From an uncultured Solirubrobacterales bacterium (GTDB lineage Bacteria > Actinomycetota > Thermoleophilia > Solirubrobacterales > Solirubrobacteraceae), in the NCBI GenBank assembly GCA_963788005.1, contig CAWBFH010000023.1:61539-125538 (forward strand): a stretch of 64,000 bases of DNA, written 5' to 3'. The notes below the pieces were generated by a model. The model made no database searches. It saw nothing but the letters and a program-made list of their open reading frames with translations, and was not told where the DNA came from. Positions within the stretch are counted from its first letter, which is position 1. Every line of letters begins with the position of its first letter. Below, piece after piece: positions 51,044-60,744 of this stretch. A program made the translations under genes and the position numbers.

Positions 51044-51439
51044 GTGCGGATCGACAGGCGCGAGCTCGCCGCAATCTTCGCCGGTGGCGCAGTCGGGGCG
51101 ATCGCCCGCGTCTGGCTCGCGACCACGTTCGCGAGCGGCGTGGGGCAATGGCCGTGGGCCACGTTCGCGGTCAACGCCAGCGGCTCGCTGGCGCTCGCGT
51201 ACTTCGTCACCCGGCTGCAGGAACGCCTGCCGATCTCCACGTATCGCCGTCCGCTGCTCGGTACGGGGTTCTGCGGCGCGTACACGACGTTCTCGACGAT
51301 GCAGGTCGAGATCGTTCGGATGCTCGATCACCACCGCTACGGGCTCGCGCTGGGATACGGGCTCAGCAGCATCGCGGTCGGGTACATGGCGATCTGGCTG
51401 ATGTCGGCGGTCGTGCGGCGCTCGCGAACGGTCGTATGA
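51044..51439 (+). CDS. crcB: Fluoride channel Fluc/CrcB
   Basis: GGAVGAIAR, WPWATFAVN, GTGFCGAYTTFSTM. Confidence 0.95.
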   Translation: MRIDRRELAAIFAGGAVGAIARVWLATTFASGVGQWPWATFAVNASGSLALAYFVTRLQERLPISTYRRPLLGTGFCGAYTTFSTMQVEIVRMLDHHRYGLALGYGLSSIAVGYMAIWLMSAVVRRSRTVV

Positions 51440-51801
51440 GCGCCTGGGTGTGGATCGCGGTGCTCGTCCTGGGCGGGCTTGGAGCGCTCGGTCGCTTCCT
51501 GCTCGACGGGCTGGTCAGCGGTCGGATCGACAAGGACTTTCCGCTCGGGACGCTGGCTGTCAACCTCAGCGGGGCGTTCGTGCTCGGCCTGCTCACGGGC
51601 CTGGCGCTCGAAGGCGACGCGCTGCTGCTGGCGGGCACAGCAACGCTCGGCTCGTACACGACATTTTCGACCTGGATGCTCGAGACCCACCGCCTGGCCG
51701 AGGACGGCGAGTTCACGCTCGGCACGGCCAACGCGCTTCTGAGCCTGGTGTTCGGCGTCGGCGCGGCGGTGCTTGGCCGGCTGCTGGGAGGGTGGATGTG
51801 A
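51436..51801 (+). CDS. crcB: Fluoride channel Fluc/CrcB (second subunit)
   Basis: GGLGALGRF, FPLGTLAVNLSG, LGSYTTFSTWM. Confidence 0.95.
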   Translation: MSAWVWIAVLVLGGLGALGRFLLDGLVSGRIDKDFPLGTLAVNLSGAFVLGLLTGLALEGDALLLAGTATLGSYTTFSTWMLETHRLAEDGEFTLGTANALLSLVFGVGAAVLGRLLGGWM

Positions 51802-52874
51802 CCGACGACTGCCTGAAGCTGACGACCTACTTCGGCGAGCGTGACCGGACCGAGGACGGCCTGCTGTCCGACGAACTGCTGGACGTCTACGGCGGCCACC
51901 GGGCGCGAGCGAGCGTGCTGCTGCGTGGCACCGAGGGGTTTGGACGGCTGCACCACCTCCACACCGACCGCCTGCTCTCGCTGTCAGAGGATCTACCGGT
52001 TGTCTCGGTGGTGGTTGACCGGCGCGATCGGATTGACGCGATGCTCGAGGTTGTCCTGCAGATCAAGCGCCGTGGACTGATCACGCTCGAGCGCGCCCGG
52101 TTGCTCGACGGCGAGCTCGGAGCGATCGCGCTGCCGGCGCCGCTCGCCGAAGCGACGAAGCTGACGGTCTACGTAGGCCGCCAGGAGCGGGCGCAGGGGA
52201 TGCCCGCCTATGTGGCCGTGTGCGAGGTGATGCGGCGCCACGGGATCGCCGGCGCGACCGTCCTGCTCGGAGTCGACGGCACCAACCGCGGCCGGCGGCG
52301 GCGCGCCAGATTCTTCGCCCGCAACGCCGACGTGCCGATGATGGTGATCGCCGTCGGGGCCGGCGAGCGGATCGCCGGCGTCCTGCCCGAACTCGACAGG
52401 GTGCTCACCGAGCCGCTCGCGACGCTCGAGCGCGTGCGCCTGTGTAAGCAGGGGGGAGAGCTGCTCGCGACGCCGCACGAACTCCCGCAGACCGATGAGC
52501 ACGGCCTGGCGATGTGGCAGAAGCTGATGATCCACACCTCATACGGCGCCATGCACGCCGGGCGCCCACTGCACCTCGAGATCGTCCGCCGGCTGCGCGC
52601 GTCGGGCTGCGCCGGCGTGACCTGCCTGCGCGGGCTGTGGGGCTTTGATGGTGATGCCGCCGCATACGGCGATCGGCTGTTGCAGCTCCGCCGCCATGTA
52701 CCGGTGCTGACGATCACGATCGACACGCCCGAGCGCACCGCCCGATCGTTTGAGATCGTCGACGACCTGACGTCGGAGCACGGGTTGGTCACGAGTGAGA
52801 TGGTTCCCGCCGCACAGGCAATCAGCGCGACCGAGCAGCGCGGCGGTCTGCGTCTCGCGCGCCACGACTACTGA
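51798..52874 (+). CDS. Protein of three tandem DUF190 (PII-like) domains
   Basis: Three repeats beginning LKLTTYFGE, TKLTVYVGR, QKLMIHTS, each with a GxT(V/C)LxG motif and P(V/M)xxxx(V/I)D-type ending. Confidence 0.85.
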   Translation: MTDDCLKLTTYFGERDRTEDGLLSDELLDVYGGHRARASVLLRGTEGFGRLHHLHTDRLLSLSEDLPVVSVVVDRRDRIDAMLEVVLQIKRRGLITLERARLLDGELGAIALPAPLAEATKLTVYVGRQERAQGMPAYVAVCEVMRRHGIAGATVLLGVDGTNRGRRRRARFFARNADVPMMVIAVGAGERIAGVLPELDRVLTEPLATLERVRLCKQGGELLATPHELPQTDEHGLAMWQKLMIHTSYGAMHAGRPLHLEIVRRLRASGCAGVTCLRGLWGFDGDAAAYGDRLLQLRRHVPVLTITIDTPERTARSFEIVDDLTSEHGLVTSEMVPAAQAISATEQRGGLRLARHDY

Positions 52875-52921
52875 TCGGCCGCAGCGGTAGTCCAATCTGC
52901 GATCTGTACGAGGATGGAGAG

Positions 52922-53425
52922 ATGAGCCACGAGATCCTGAGATGCGTTGTCGAGATCCCGAAGGGCAGCCGCAACAAGTACGAGTACGACGCTGAGCTCG
53001 GAGCGATCAAGCTCGACCGCTTCCTGTCGGCCTCGGTCGTGTATCCGACCGACTACGGATTCGTGCCCGAGACGCTCGCTCCCGACGGCGATCCGCTCGA
53101 TGTTCTGGTCTGCGTCTCGGAGCCCACGTTTCCCGGCTGCGTCGTGATCACCAAGGTCGTCGGACTGTTCAAGATGGAGGACGAGAAGGGACCCGACGAC
53201 CACATCGTGTGCGTCCCGCTGCATGATCCCGGCTGGAACCAGATCAACGACCTCGACGATTTGCCCGATCAGTTGCGCGCGGAGATCGGTCACTTCTTCT
53301 CGATCTACAAGGACCTCGACCCGGACCGGCACTCGCAGGTCAACGGCTGGGGAGACCGGAGCGCGGCGCTCGAGACGATCGCCCAGGCGCGCGAGCGGAT
53401 GCGGTTTCGGCTCGCGGGCGCCTGA
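52922..53425 (+). CDS. ppa: Family I inorganic pyrophosphatase
   Basis: VEIPKGSRNKYE, YPTDYGF, DGDPLDV, HFFSIYKDL. Confidence 0.95.
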   Translation: MSHEILRCVVEIPKGSRNKYEYDAELGAIKLDRFLSASVVYPTDYGFVPETLAPDGDPLDVLVCVSEPTFPGCVVITKVVGLFKMEDEKGPDDHIVCVPLHDPGWNQINDLDDLPDQLRAEIGHFFSIYKDLDPDRHSQVNGWGDRSAALETIAQARERMRFRLAGA

Positions 53426-53518
53426 GCACCGCCTCAGCTGCGCCCACGCAATCGAAGTGAATAGAAACCCGCGTTTGCGGGTAAGAGAAAACTTGAGTCA
53501 CAGCTCCCTCTCCAATAC

Positions 53519-53552
53519 AAGGGCGGATGGGTACGGCTACCTGTCCGCCCTT
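53519..53552. terminator. 15-bp hairpin (terminator or leader element)
   Basis: AAGGGCGGATGGGTA-cggc-TACCTGTCCGCCCTT with two G-U pairs. Confidence 0.55.
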
Positions 53553-53614
53553 CTCCTTGCCGTGGGGCGCTCAGCGCACCGGGTGTGTCCTCTCGCGCAG
53601 CGGGTAACACGGAG

Positions 53615-53797
53615 ATGATGAACCCGCTCTTGTTCGCCGACTGGTCCCGGATCCAGCGGCTCTTTCACCGCACGATGTGGCTGCTGGCGACGGTGCTCGC
53701 GTGCATCGTCTGGTCCGCGGTCGCGCTCCGCGCCGCCGGTGCCCACGCGCATCAGAAGCCCCAGTCGACTCTGACCCACCTGACGCTGCGCCGCTAG
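53615..53797 (+). CDS. Small hydrophobic protein (60 aa)
   Basis: GGAG before ATG; single TM-like segment MWLLATVLACIVWSAVAL; basic C-terminus. Confidence 0.45.
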   Translation: MMNPLLFADWSRIQRLFHRTMWLLATVLACIVWSAVALRAAGAHAHQKPQSTLTHLTLRR

Positions 53798-53799
53798 GC

Positions 53800-54225
53800 C
53801 TAGAGCTCGGTCAGCCTCGCCAGCAGTGCCACCGCGCGATCGAGGGTCTCGCGCTCCTCGGCTGAGAAGTCTTCCTCGATCGCGTTCGCGAGCCACCCTT
53901 CGCGGCGGCGGCGATCATCGGCGAGCGCCCGGCGGCCGGCGTCGGTCAGCTCCAGCAGAGTGCGGCGCTTGTCGCTCTCGTCCGGCCGCCGACTGACGAG
54001 GCCCTGGGACTCGAGCTCGGCCAAAGTCTGGCCCATTGACTGAGGGCGCACGCGCTCGGCGCCCGCCAGGTCGACCGTGCTCTGGGGGCCGTCCCGATCG
54101 AGGCGGCCGAGCACGGCGCCATGGGTCAGCGGGAAGCGGTGCTCGGCGCGCAGCCGGCGCATGAGCTGGCCGAGGACGACGCGCAGCTCGCTGGCAAGCA
54201 GGCCCGGGTCCACCGATGCGGTCAC
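53800..54225 (-). CDS. MarR family transcriptional regulator
   Basis: VLGRLDRDGP, LAGAERVRPQSM, LVSRRPDESDKRR, LTDAG. Confidence 0.92.
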   Translation of the reverse strand: MTASVDPGLLASELRVVLGQLMRRLRAEHRFPLTHGAVLGRLDRDGPQSTVDLAGAERVRPQSMGQTLAELESQGLVSRRPDESDKRRTLLELTDAGRRALADDRRRREGWLANAIEEDFSAEERETLDRAVALLARLTEL

Positions 54226-54286
54226 GGCGACACTATAAGTCAAGCGAAGGCAGACTGCACAGTTTGCCTGTGTAAAATGAAGTCCT

Positions 54287-56071
54287 GTGACCAGCCCCGT
54301 GAGCACCCGAACCAACGGCAGCGGCGACGGGTTCGGGGCCAACGGGCACCCGGGGCGGTCGGATCGCTACAAGTGGGTCGCGTTGTCGAACACGACGCTC
54401 GCGGTGCTGCTGGCCACATTGGATGCGTCGATCACGCTGATCGCGATGCCCGACATCTTCCGGGGCATTCACCTCGATCCGCTCGTGGCCGGAAACAGCT
54501 TCTACCTACTGTGGATGGTACTCGGCTATCTGGTCGTCTCGAGCGTCCTGATCGTCAGCCTCGGGCGGCTCGGCGACATGTATGGACGGGTGCGCCTCTA
54601 CAACCTCGGCTTCGTGATCTACACGGTGGCGTCGCTGATCTTGACGGTCGACTGGATGACCGGCCGCGCGGGCGCGACCTACCTGATCGTGTTCCGGATC
54701 GTCCAGGGGATCGGCGGCGCCTTCCTGCTCGCAAACTCGGCCGCCATCCTGACCGACGCGTTCCCGGCCAACCAGCGCGGGATGGCGCTCGGGATCAACA
54801 ACATCGTCGGCGTCAGCGGCCTGTTCATCGGGCTGATCCTCGGCGGCCTGCTCGCGCCGATCAACTGGCGGCTCGTGTTCCTGATCTCCGTCCCGGTCGG
54901 GCTGTTCGGGACCGTGTGGGCCTACCTGAAGCTGCGGGAGCTGAGCACCCCCAGGCGCACGCGCGTCGACTGGCCGGGCAATGTCACGTTCGCCCTCGGG
55001 CTGATCCTGATCATGGTCTCGGTCACCTACGGGATCCGTCCGTGGGGCGGGCACCCCACCGGCTGGACCAGCCCCCGGGTGATCGCGCTGCTCGTATCGG
55101 GCCTCGCCTGTCTGGTGGCGTTCGTGTTCATCGAGCGCCGCGCCAAGGATCCGATGTTCCGCCTGCCGCTGCTGCGGATCCGAGCCTTCACGTTCGGAAC
55201 GTTGTCGACCTTCCTGGCCGCGATCGCGCGCGGCGGGTTGATGTTCATGCTGATCATCTGGTTACAGGGAATCTGGCTTCCCCTGCACGGCTACAGCTTC
55301 ACCGACACTCCGCTGTGGGCGGGCATTTACATGTTGCCGCTGACGATCGGCATGCTGATCTCGGGGCCGACCTCGGGCTATCTGTCCGATCGCTTCGGCG
55401 CGCGTGGGTTTGCGACCGGAGGGATGCTCGCCACGGCGCTGAGCTTCGCGCTGCTGGCACTGTTGCCGACCGACTTTGCCTACCCCGCGTTCGCCGCGAT
55501 TCTGTTCCTGACCGGCGCGTCGATGGGCCTGTTCGCGTCTCCCAACCGCGCGGCCGTGATGAACAGCCTGCCGCCGGGCGATCGTGGCGCCGGCGGCGGC
55601 ATGAACCAGACATTCCAGAACTCAGCCCAGGTGCTGTCGGTCGGGATCTTCTTTTCGCTGATGATCGCGGGGCTCGCGAGCTCGCTGCCACACACGCTGT
55701 CATCGGGCCTGGTTGGGCACGGTGTCGATCCCGCGAGCGCCGCCCAGATCGGACATACGCCGCCGGTCTCGGTCCTGTTCGCCGCGTTCCTCGGCTACAA
55801 CCCCATCGAGCACCTGGCGGGGCCGCACGTGCTCGGCGCGCTGTCGGCCCATAGCCAGGCGATCATCACCGGGCGCGGCTTCTTCCCGGAGCTGATCTCG
55901 GGCCCGTTCCGTACCGGCCTGCACGAAGCGTTCGCGTTCGCGATCCTCGCCTGCCTGATCGCGGCGGCAGCATCGGCGATGCGCGGGGGTCGCTACCACC
56001 ACGAGGAGATACCGCCCCCGAGCGGATCGGAACCGGCGCAATCCGCGCAGCGCGCGGCAGTGGCGACCTAG
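54287..56071 (+). CDS. MFS efflux transporter (DHA2 / EmrB-QacA type)
   Basis: LATLDASI, GRLGDMYGRVR, RIVQGIGGA, about 14 TM segments; divergent from MarR. Confidence 0.93.
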   Translation: MTSPVSTRTNGSGDGFGANGHPGRSDRYKWVALSNTTLAVLLATLDASITLIAMPDIFRGIHLDPLVAGNSFYLLWMVLGYLVVSSVLIVSLGRLGDMYGRVRLYNLGFVIYTVASLILTVDWMTGRAGATYLIVFRIVQGIGGAFLLANSAAILTDAFPANQRGMALGINNIVGVSGLFIGLILGGLLAPINWRLVFLISVPVGLFGTVWAYLKLRELSTPRRTRVDWPGNVTFALGLILIMVSVTYGIRPWGGHPTGWTSPRVIALLVSGLACLVAFVFIERRAKDPMFRLPLLRIRAFTFGTLSTFLAAIARGGLMFMLIIWLQGIWLPLHGYSFTDTPLWAGIYMLPLTIGMLISGPTSGYLSDRFGARGFATGGMLATALSFALLALLPTDFAYPAFAAILFLTGASMGLFASPNRAAVMNSLPPGDRGAGGGMNQTFQNSAQVLSVGIFFSLMIAGLASSLPHTLSSGLVGHGVDPASAAQIGHTPPVSVLFAAFLGYNPIEHLAGPHVLGALSAHSQAIITGRGFFPELISGPFRTGLHEAFAFAILACLIAAAASAMRGGRYHHEEIPPPSGSEPAQSAQRAAVAT

Positions 56072-56226
56072 AAGTGGGCGTGGAGGCTGAACGCCCCGAC
56101 CAGAATGACGAACAGCAGCAGGTAGATCCCGTACTTGCCCCAGGACGGCCAGGCCGCGTTCGGATCCCGCGACATGAGGTACTGCTCCTCTTCGCGAATC
56201 GTTCTATTGCAGTGTGGGCAGATCAT
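56068..56226 (-). CDS. Small zinc-ribbon / single-TM protein (52 aa)
   Basis: MICPHC...; C-terminal GIYLLLFVILVGAFSL. Confidence 0.5.
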   Translation of the reverse strand: MICPHCNRTIREEEQYLMSRDPNAAWPSWGKYGIYLLLFVILVGAFSLHAHF

Positions 56227-56368
56227 CAGAAAGCCATTCCCGTTCTCGACATTAAATGTGGATGGCGGCGCTCCCTTCCCCAAAGCCGGTTGGCTCAGGG
56301 TACGGCGTTTCGGCGCGCGATGAACCGATCCCCTGGAGCTGAAACGGCAGCGGTGGCGGAGCTCTGGC

Positions 56369-58582
56369 TCAGACCGTGTCGGAGGTCCCAGGTAACACAT
56401 CGGCGGCTGCCCGAGCAGCTTGTGGGTCGGGGCCGGGCGCGCCGTCGATCTCCCAGCCGCCGGATCGCGCGAGGCTATCCGTCGAGTCAACGATCTCGTC
56501 GAGCTCGGACAGCAGCGCGGCACGATCGGCCTCGGCATGGCCGCGAGAGTCGCGCTCGAACTCGATGTAATCCGTCCGCAGGTCGGGGATCGGCGGCGGG
56601 CCGGCGGCCGCATCGCGTTCTGTGACCGCGCCGATTCGGGTCAGCGCCAGATCGAGATCGGCGGCGAGGCGGGCAAGCTCGGGGACCGGCTCGCGGTCAC
56701 GGTCATCACGTCCATCTAGCCGCAGGGCGTAGCTCGACCGCGCCAGCCGCCGCAGTGCGCCGAGCGCGCCCTGCGAGCGGCCTCGGTCGATCCGGCGCGT
56801 GGCGGGCTCGGACAGCGAGCGGGCAACCGTTGACTGGGCGTTCGTCCACGCCAGCCGCGCGCGCCGACCGAGCGTGGTCAGCGCCTGCTGATCGGGGGGG
56901 CGGCCGCTGATCACCGCGGCGAGGAGCGCGCTCAGGTACGCACGTTGCGCATCGACGAGCGCCGCGAGCGACTCGCGGGCCGGCATCCGCGACCACGTCG
57001 GCCAGAGGACATACGCGAGCAGGCCGATCGCGCTGCCGATCAGCGTGTCGAGCAGCCGGGAGCCGGCGATCCCGAGCGTGTCGGGGGTCAAGATATTGAT
57101 CAGGAACACCACCATGGCGGTGATGAAGCAAAACCCGGAGGCAAAGCTGGCCGGATAGGTCGCATAGGCCGCCCAGGCGAGCAGGCCGACAATCACGACC
57201 GTCGCCGCGTGTCCCGGATGCGTGGCGACCACAATCGCCCCCGCGAGCGCGACGCCCGCCGACGTACCGAGCGCCCGCTCCGCCCCTCTGGTGAAGGTCG
57301 CCGAGAACTCAGGCCGCAGCACGGCCGCCGCGGCGACGACCATCCAGTAGCTGCGGTCGAGCGCCAGGTGTCCAGCGATCAGCTCGGCGATCGCGACCAC
57401 GGTCGCCAGCCGCAGTGCATGTCGGCCGGCGGATGATTGCAGCGAGATGTTGGCCCTGACCTGCGCTACCTGATCGAGGACGCGATGCAGCGGTCGGTTG
57501 GTCGGGGGGTGCGGGCGACGGCTGCGTAGCCCACCCCCGCGACCCGCGGCCGGCGCCTGGGCCGAGACGGCGCGCAGCTGCCCGGCGAGCGCTGAGATCC
57601 GGCGCGAGAGCTGGAGCTCGTCGCCGGAGAGCGCGGGCAAGCCCGGCGTCGACTCGCGGTCCGACACCCTTGCTGCGAGCGCGTCCGCGTTGGAGCTGAA
57701 CTCCGCGATCAGGATCGCCAGCGGGCGCTCGGCGGTGCGGTCACCGTCGATCGCATTGGCGATCAGGTTCAACGCGTCGGCCGCGAGCGCGAGCGCGCGC
57801 TCCCCGACGGCGCGGAGCCGCCCGTCTGCCGGCTCCTCGGATGAGGCACGCTGACGGTCGAGCAGCACGCGGATCACGGACAGCTGGACCCGGATCCACT
57901 GCCCCTCGGTGACCAGGGAGCGGAGCGTCACGATCGCCGCATCCCCGAACAGGTGCGGCGAGGCGAGTGTCCCCGCGGCCTCGTCGAATGCGGCGGCGGC
58001 CGGCAGCGACGACGTCGCGACCCGCGAGTCGGCCAGGCGCGACAGGGCGCGGTATCCCTCGGCGGTCGCCGCACGCTGCGTCCTCAGCGGCGATGGCCAG
58101 CGGACTAGGGCGACGAATCCCACCTCGGCGAGACCTCCCGCGAGCACGAGGGCGGCGAGCCCGAGCGCGGGAGCGGCGGGTTCGCTGAACCGTCCGAACA
58201 CCACCACCGCGATGATCGCCTGCGTTCCGATCGCCGCGCCACGGTTGCCGACCGCGAACAGCAGCCCTCCGAGCAGGGCCACGCCGACCAGGACGACGAA
58301 ATGAACCCATGGCACCGAACCGGTGACGCTGCCGATGAAGGTCGCCAGCGACATCACGAGCGCGTCGATCGCCATCACTACCAGCGGCGGGCGGCCACCG
58401 GCGGCGCGCCAGGCGATCCCGACGAGCATCGCTCCGGCGCCCATCGTGACGCCCGCGACCGGATCGCCGACGGCCAGCCCGCCGCCAAGGACGGCCGCCA
58501 CCGGGATCGCCGCCAGCAGCCCTCCGCGAACCGAGACGAGGTCGCGGTCGAAGTGGGCGGCCCCGCGGACGGCCACCGACAT
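56369..58582 (-). CDS. FUSC family (YccS/YhfK-like) membrane protein
   Basis: RHALRLATVV, SYWMVVAAAAVLRP, RGAERALGT, RLLDTLIGSAI. Confidence 0.88.
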   Translation of the reverse strand: MSVAVRGAAHFDRDLVSVRGGLLAAIPVAAVLGGGLAVGDPVAGVTMGAGAMLVGIAWRAAGGRPPLVVMAIDALVMSLATFIGSVTGSVPWVHFVVLVGVALLGGLLFAVGNRGAAIGTQAIIAVVVFGRFSEPAAPALGLAALVLAGGLAEVGFVALVRWPSPLRTQRAATAEGYRALSRLADSRVATSSLPAAAAFDEAAGTLASPHLFGDAAIVTLRSLVTEGQWIRVQLSVIRVLLDRQRASSEEPADGRLRAVGERALALAADALNLIANAIDGDRTAERPLAILIAEFSSNADALAARVSDRESTPGLPALSGDELQLSRRISALAGQLRAVSAQAPAAGRGGGLRSRRPHPPTNRPLHRVLDQVAQVRANISLQSSAGRHALRLATVVAIAELIAGHLALDRSYWMVVAAAAVLRPEFSATFTRGAERALGTSAGVALAGAIVVATHPGHAATVVIVGLLAWAAYATYPASFASGFCFITAMVVFLINILTPDTLGIAGSRLLDTLIGSAIGLLAYVLWPTWSRMPARESLAALVDAQRAYLSALLAAVISGRPPDQQALTTLGRRARLAWTNAQSTVARSLSEPATRRIDRGRSQGALGALRRLARSSYALRLDGRDDRDREPVPELARLAADLDLALTRIGAVTERDAAAGPPPIPDLRTDYIEFERDSRGHAEADRAALLSELDEIVDSTDSLARSGGWEIDGAPGPDPQAARAAADVLPGTSDTV

Positions 58583-58666
58583 TGCCCCGGGCTCGGAAGA
58601 GCCGGCGTTGCGGCGGCTACTCACGCTTTCACGCTACCGCGCTGCTCGGTGGCAATCCACGCGCGG

Positions 58667-59201
58667 ATGGGTACCGTTGAGCCCGTGGCGTCACCAGTGA
58701 TCCTGAGCGGCAGCGACGGGCGCGACGAGACGGAGGCCGAACGACTCGACCGCAACACGATCGAACTCCTCAATGAGCTGCGCGTCGCGGGGACCGGCAT
58801 CCAGATCATGTTCGCGTTCCTCCTGATCGTCCCGTTCAACGTCGGCTGGCAGCATGTCTCCTCGTTCGGGCGGACCGTGTACGTGGTGACTCTGCTGTGC
58901 GTCGCGATCGCCAGCGTGCTGCTGATCGCTCCGTCGGTGCACCACCGGATCCTGTTCCGCCACGGTCAGAAGGAGTACGTGATCCGGATCGCCAACCGGC
59001 TCGCGATCGTCGCGGCGGTGTTCCTCGCGGGCGGGTTCACCGGGATCCTGACTCTGATCTTCGACGTAGTGTCCAATGGGGTCGGAACCGTGGTGATCGG
59101 CGTCGTCGACCGCCGTGGGGATCGCGGCGGTGTGGTTCGGATTGCCGCTCATCCAGCTGTTTGCGCACGGAGGCGACGAACCCGAGACGGCCGACCGTTG
59201 A
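58667..59201 (+). CDS. DUF6328-like membrane protein, frameshift near 59105
   Basis: ETEAERLDRN..ELLNELRV..TGIQIMFAFLL.VPF, APSVHHRILFR; next frame AVGIAAVWFGLPL ends at 59201. Confidence 0.8.
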
Positions 59202-59277
59202 AAAGCCCTAGATCGGCTGTCAGAGGCCCACTTAGGTGGGTAGCCTGAATAGTGAAAGCAAGCGAATTGGAGTCGAG

Positions 59278-60382
59278 ATGAGCAATTCCCTCAAAGCCCT
59301 GCTCGAGCACGGTCAGAGTCCATGGATCGACTACCTCTCGCGCTCACTCGTTCAGGACGGCGATCTCGCCGCGCTGATCGACGACGGAATCGTCGGCGTG
59401 ACCTCGAACCCGACCATCTTCCAGAGCGCGATCGGCTCGGGCGACGCCTACGACGAGCAGCTGCGCGACGTGCTCGCGACCGAGAGCGATCCCAAGGAGA
59501 TCTTCCTCGCGCTGGCCCGTGACGACATCCGCGCCGCGTGTGATGTGCTCGCGCCGGTGTTCGACCGCGGGGAGTCGACTCGCGACGGGTGGGTCTCGCT
59601 CGAGGTCGATCCGAACCTCGCACACGACGCCGAAGCAACCGCGCGGGAGGCCCGCCGGCTGCACGAGATGGTGCAGCGGCGCAATCTGTTCGTGAAGATC
59701 CCCGGGACGCAGGAGGGACTGCAGGCGATCGAGGACACGATCGCCGCTGGGATCCCGGTCAACGTCACGCTGCTGTTCTCGCTCGAGCGCCATCGCGCGG
59801 CGGCGGAGGCGTACCTGCGCGGGCTGCGCAGGCTGCGCGACAGTGGCGGCAACCTGGAACGAGGTGGCGTCGGTCGCGTCGTTCTTCGTCTCGCGGGTCG
59901 ACACCGAGGCCGACAAGCGCCTGCAGGAGCTCGGCGGCCACGACGAGCTGCTCGGCACGCTCGCGATCGCGAACGCGAAGCTCGCCTACCAGGCCTACCT
60001 GGAGATCTTCAGCGGGCCCGACTGGGACGAGCTCGCGGCCGCAGGCGCCAGCGCCCAACGGTGCCTGTGGGCGTCGACCTCGACCAAGAACCCCGCCTAC
60101 CGGGATGTGCTCTACGTCGAGGAGCTGATCGGCCCTGACACGGTCAACACGATGCCGCGCGAGACGATCGAGGCAGTACTCGACCACGGCCGGATCGAGC
60201 GCACGCTCGACCGCGACGTCGATCGGGCGCACGAGACGATGCAGCGCTTCGCCGACGCCGGAGTCGACTACGAAGACGTGGTCGCCGTCCTCGAGCGCGA
60301 AGGCGTCGAGAAGTTCGCGGACTCGTTTCAGAAGCTGTTCGACGAGGTCGAGGCTAAGCGCGAGCAGCTGGTCGCCGCCTAG
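59278..60382 (+). CDS. tal: Transaldolase (actinobacterial/type II), frameshift near 59860
   Basis: GQSPWIDYLSR, GVTSNPTIF, VSLEVDP, FVKIP, NVTLLFS | SVASFFVSRVD, RCLWASTSTK. Confidence 0.93.
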
Positions 60383-60744
60383 CGGCGGCCCGCGTCAGCG
60401 CCTGATCGCTGCCCGCGGCCCTCGCGGGCGGCGCCGTCGGGGGCGCGTTGGCCGTCTTGACCCGGGCTGTCCGGATCAGCTGCTGTCCGGGCGGACGGGT
60501 GCGCGCCAGGAGGGGGACGTAAGCGAGGCCGAGGTCGGAATCGGCAGGTTCGCGGACTGCCATCGCACGGGGTGGATCGACCGCTCGTCGGCTGAGCAGG
60601 ACCGTAGGCCCCCGGTTCAGACGGATGTTCGAGCGCGGCGAGCGTACGCCGTCACGCTGCCGGCGGCGGCCGACGCCGAGGCGGCGCCGCGGACGCGATC
60701 GGGAACCTGAGAAGGCGGGTGCCGGCCCGTGTACATTGTGCGCC

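Noticed and set aside
60354-60563. Small minus-strand ORF between tal and the ABC operon
   Set aside because: Low-complexity, overlaps the tal stop and has no motif; left uncalled
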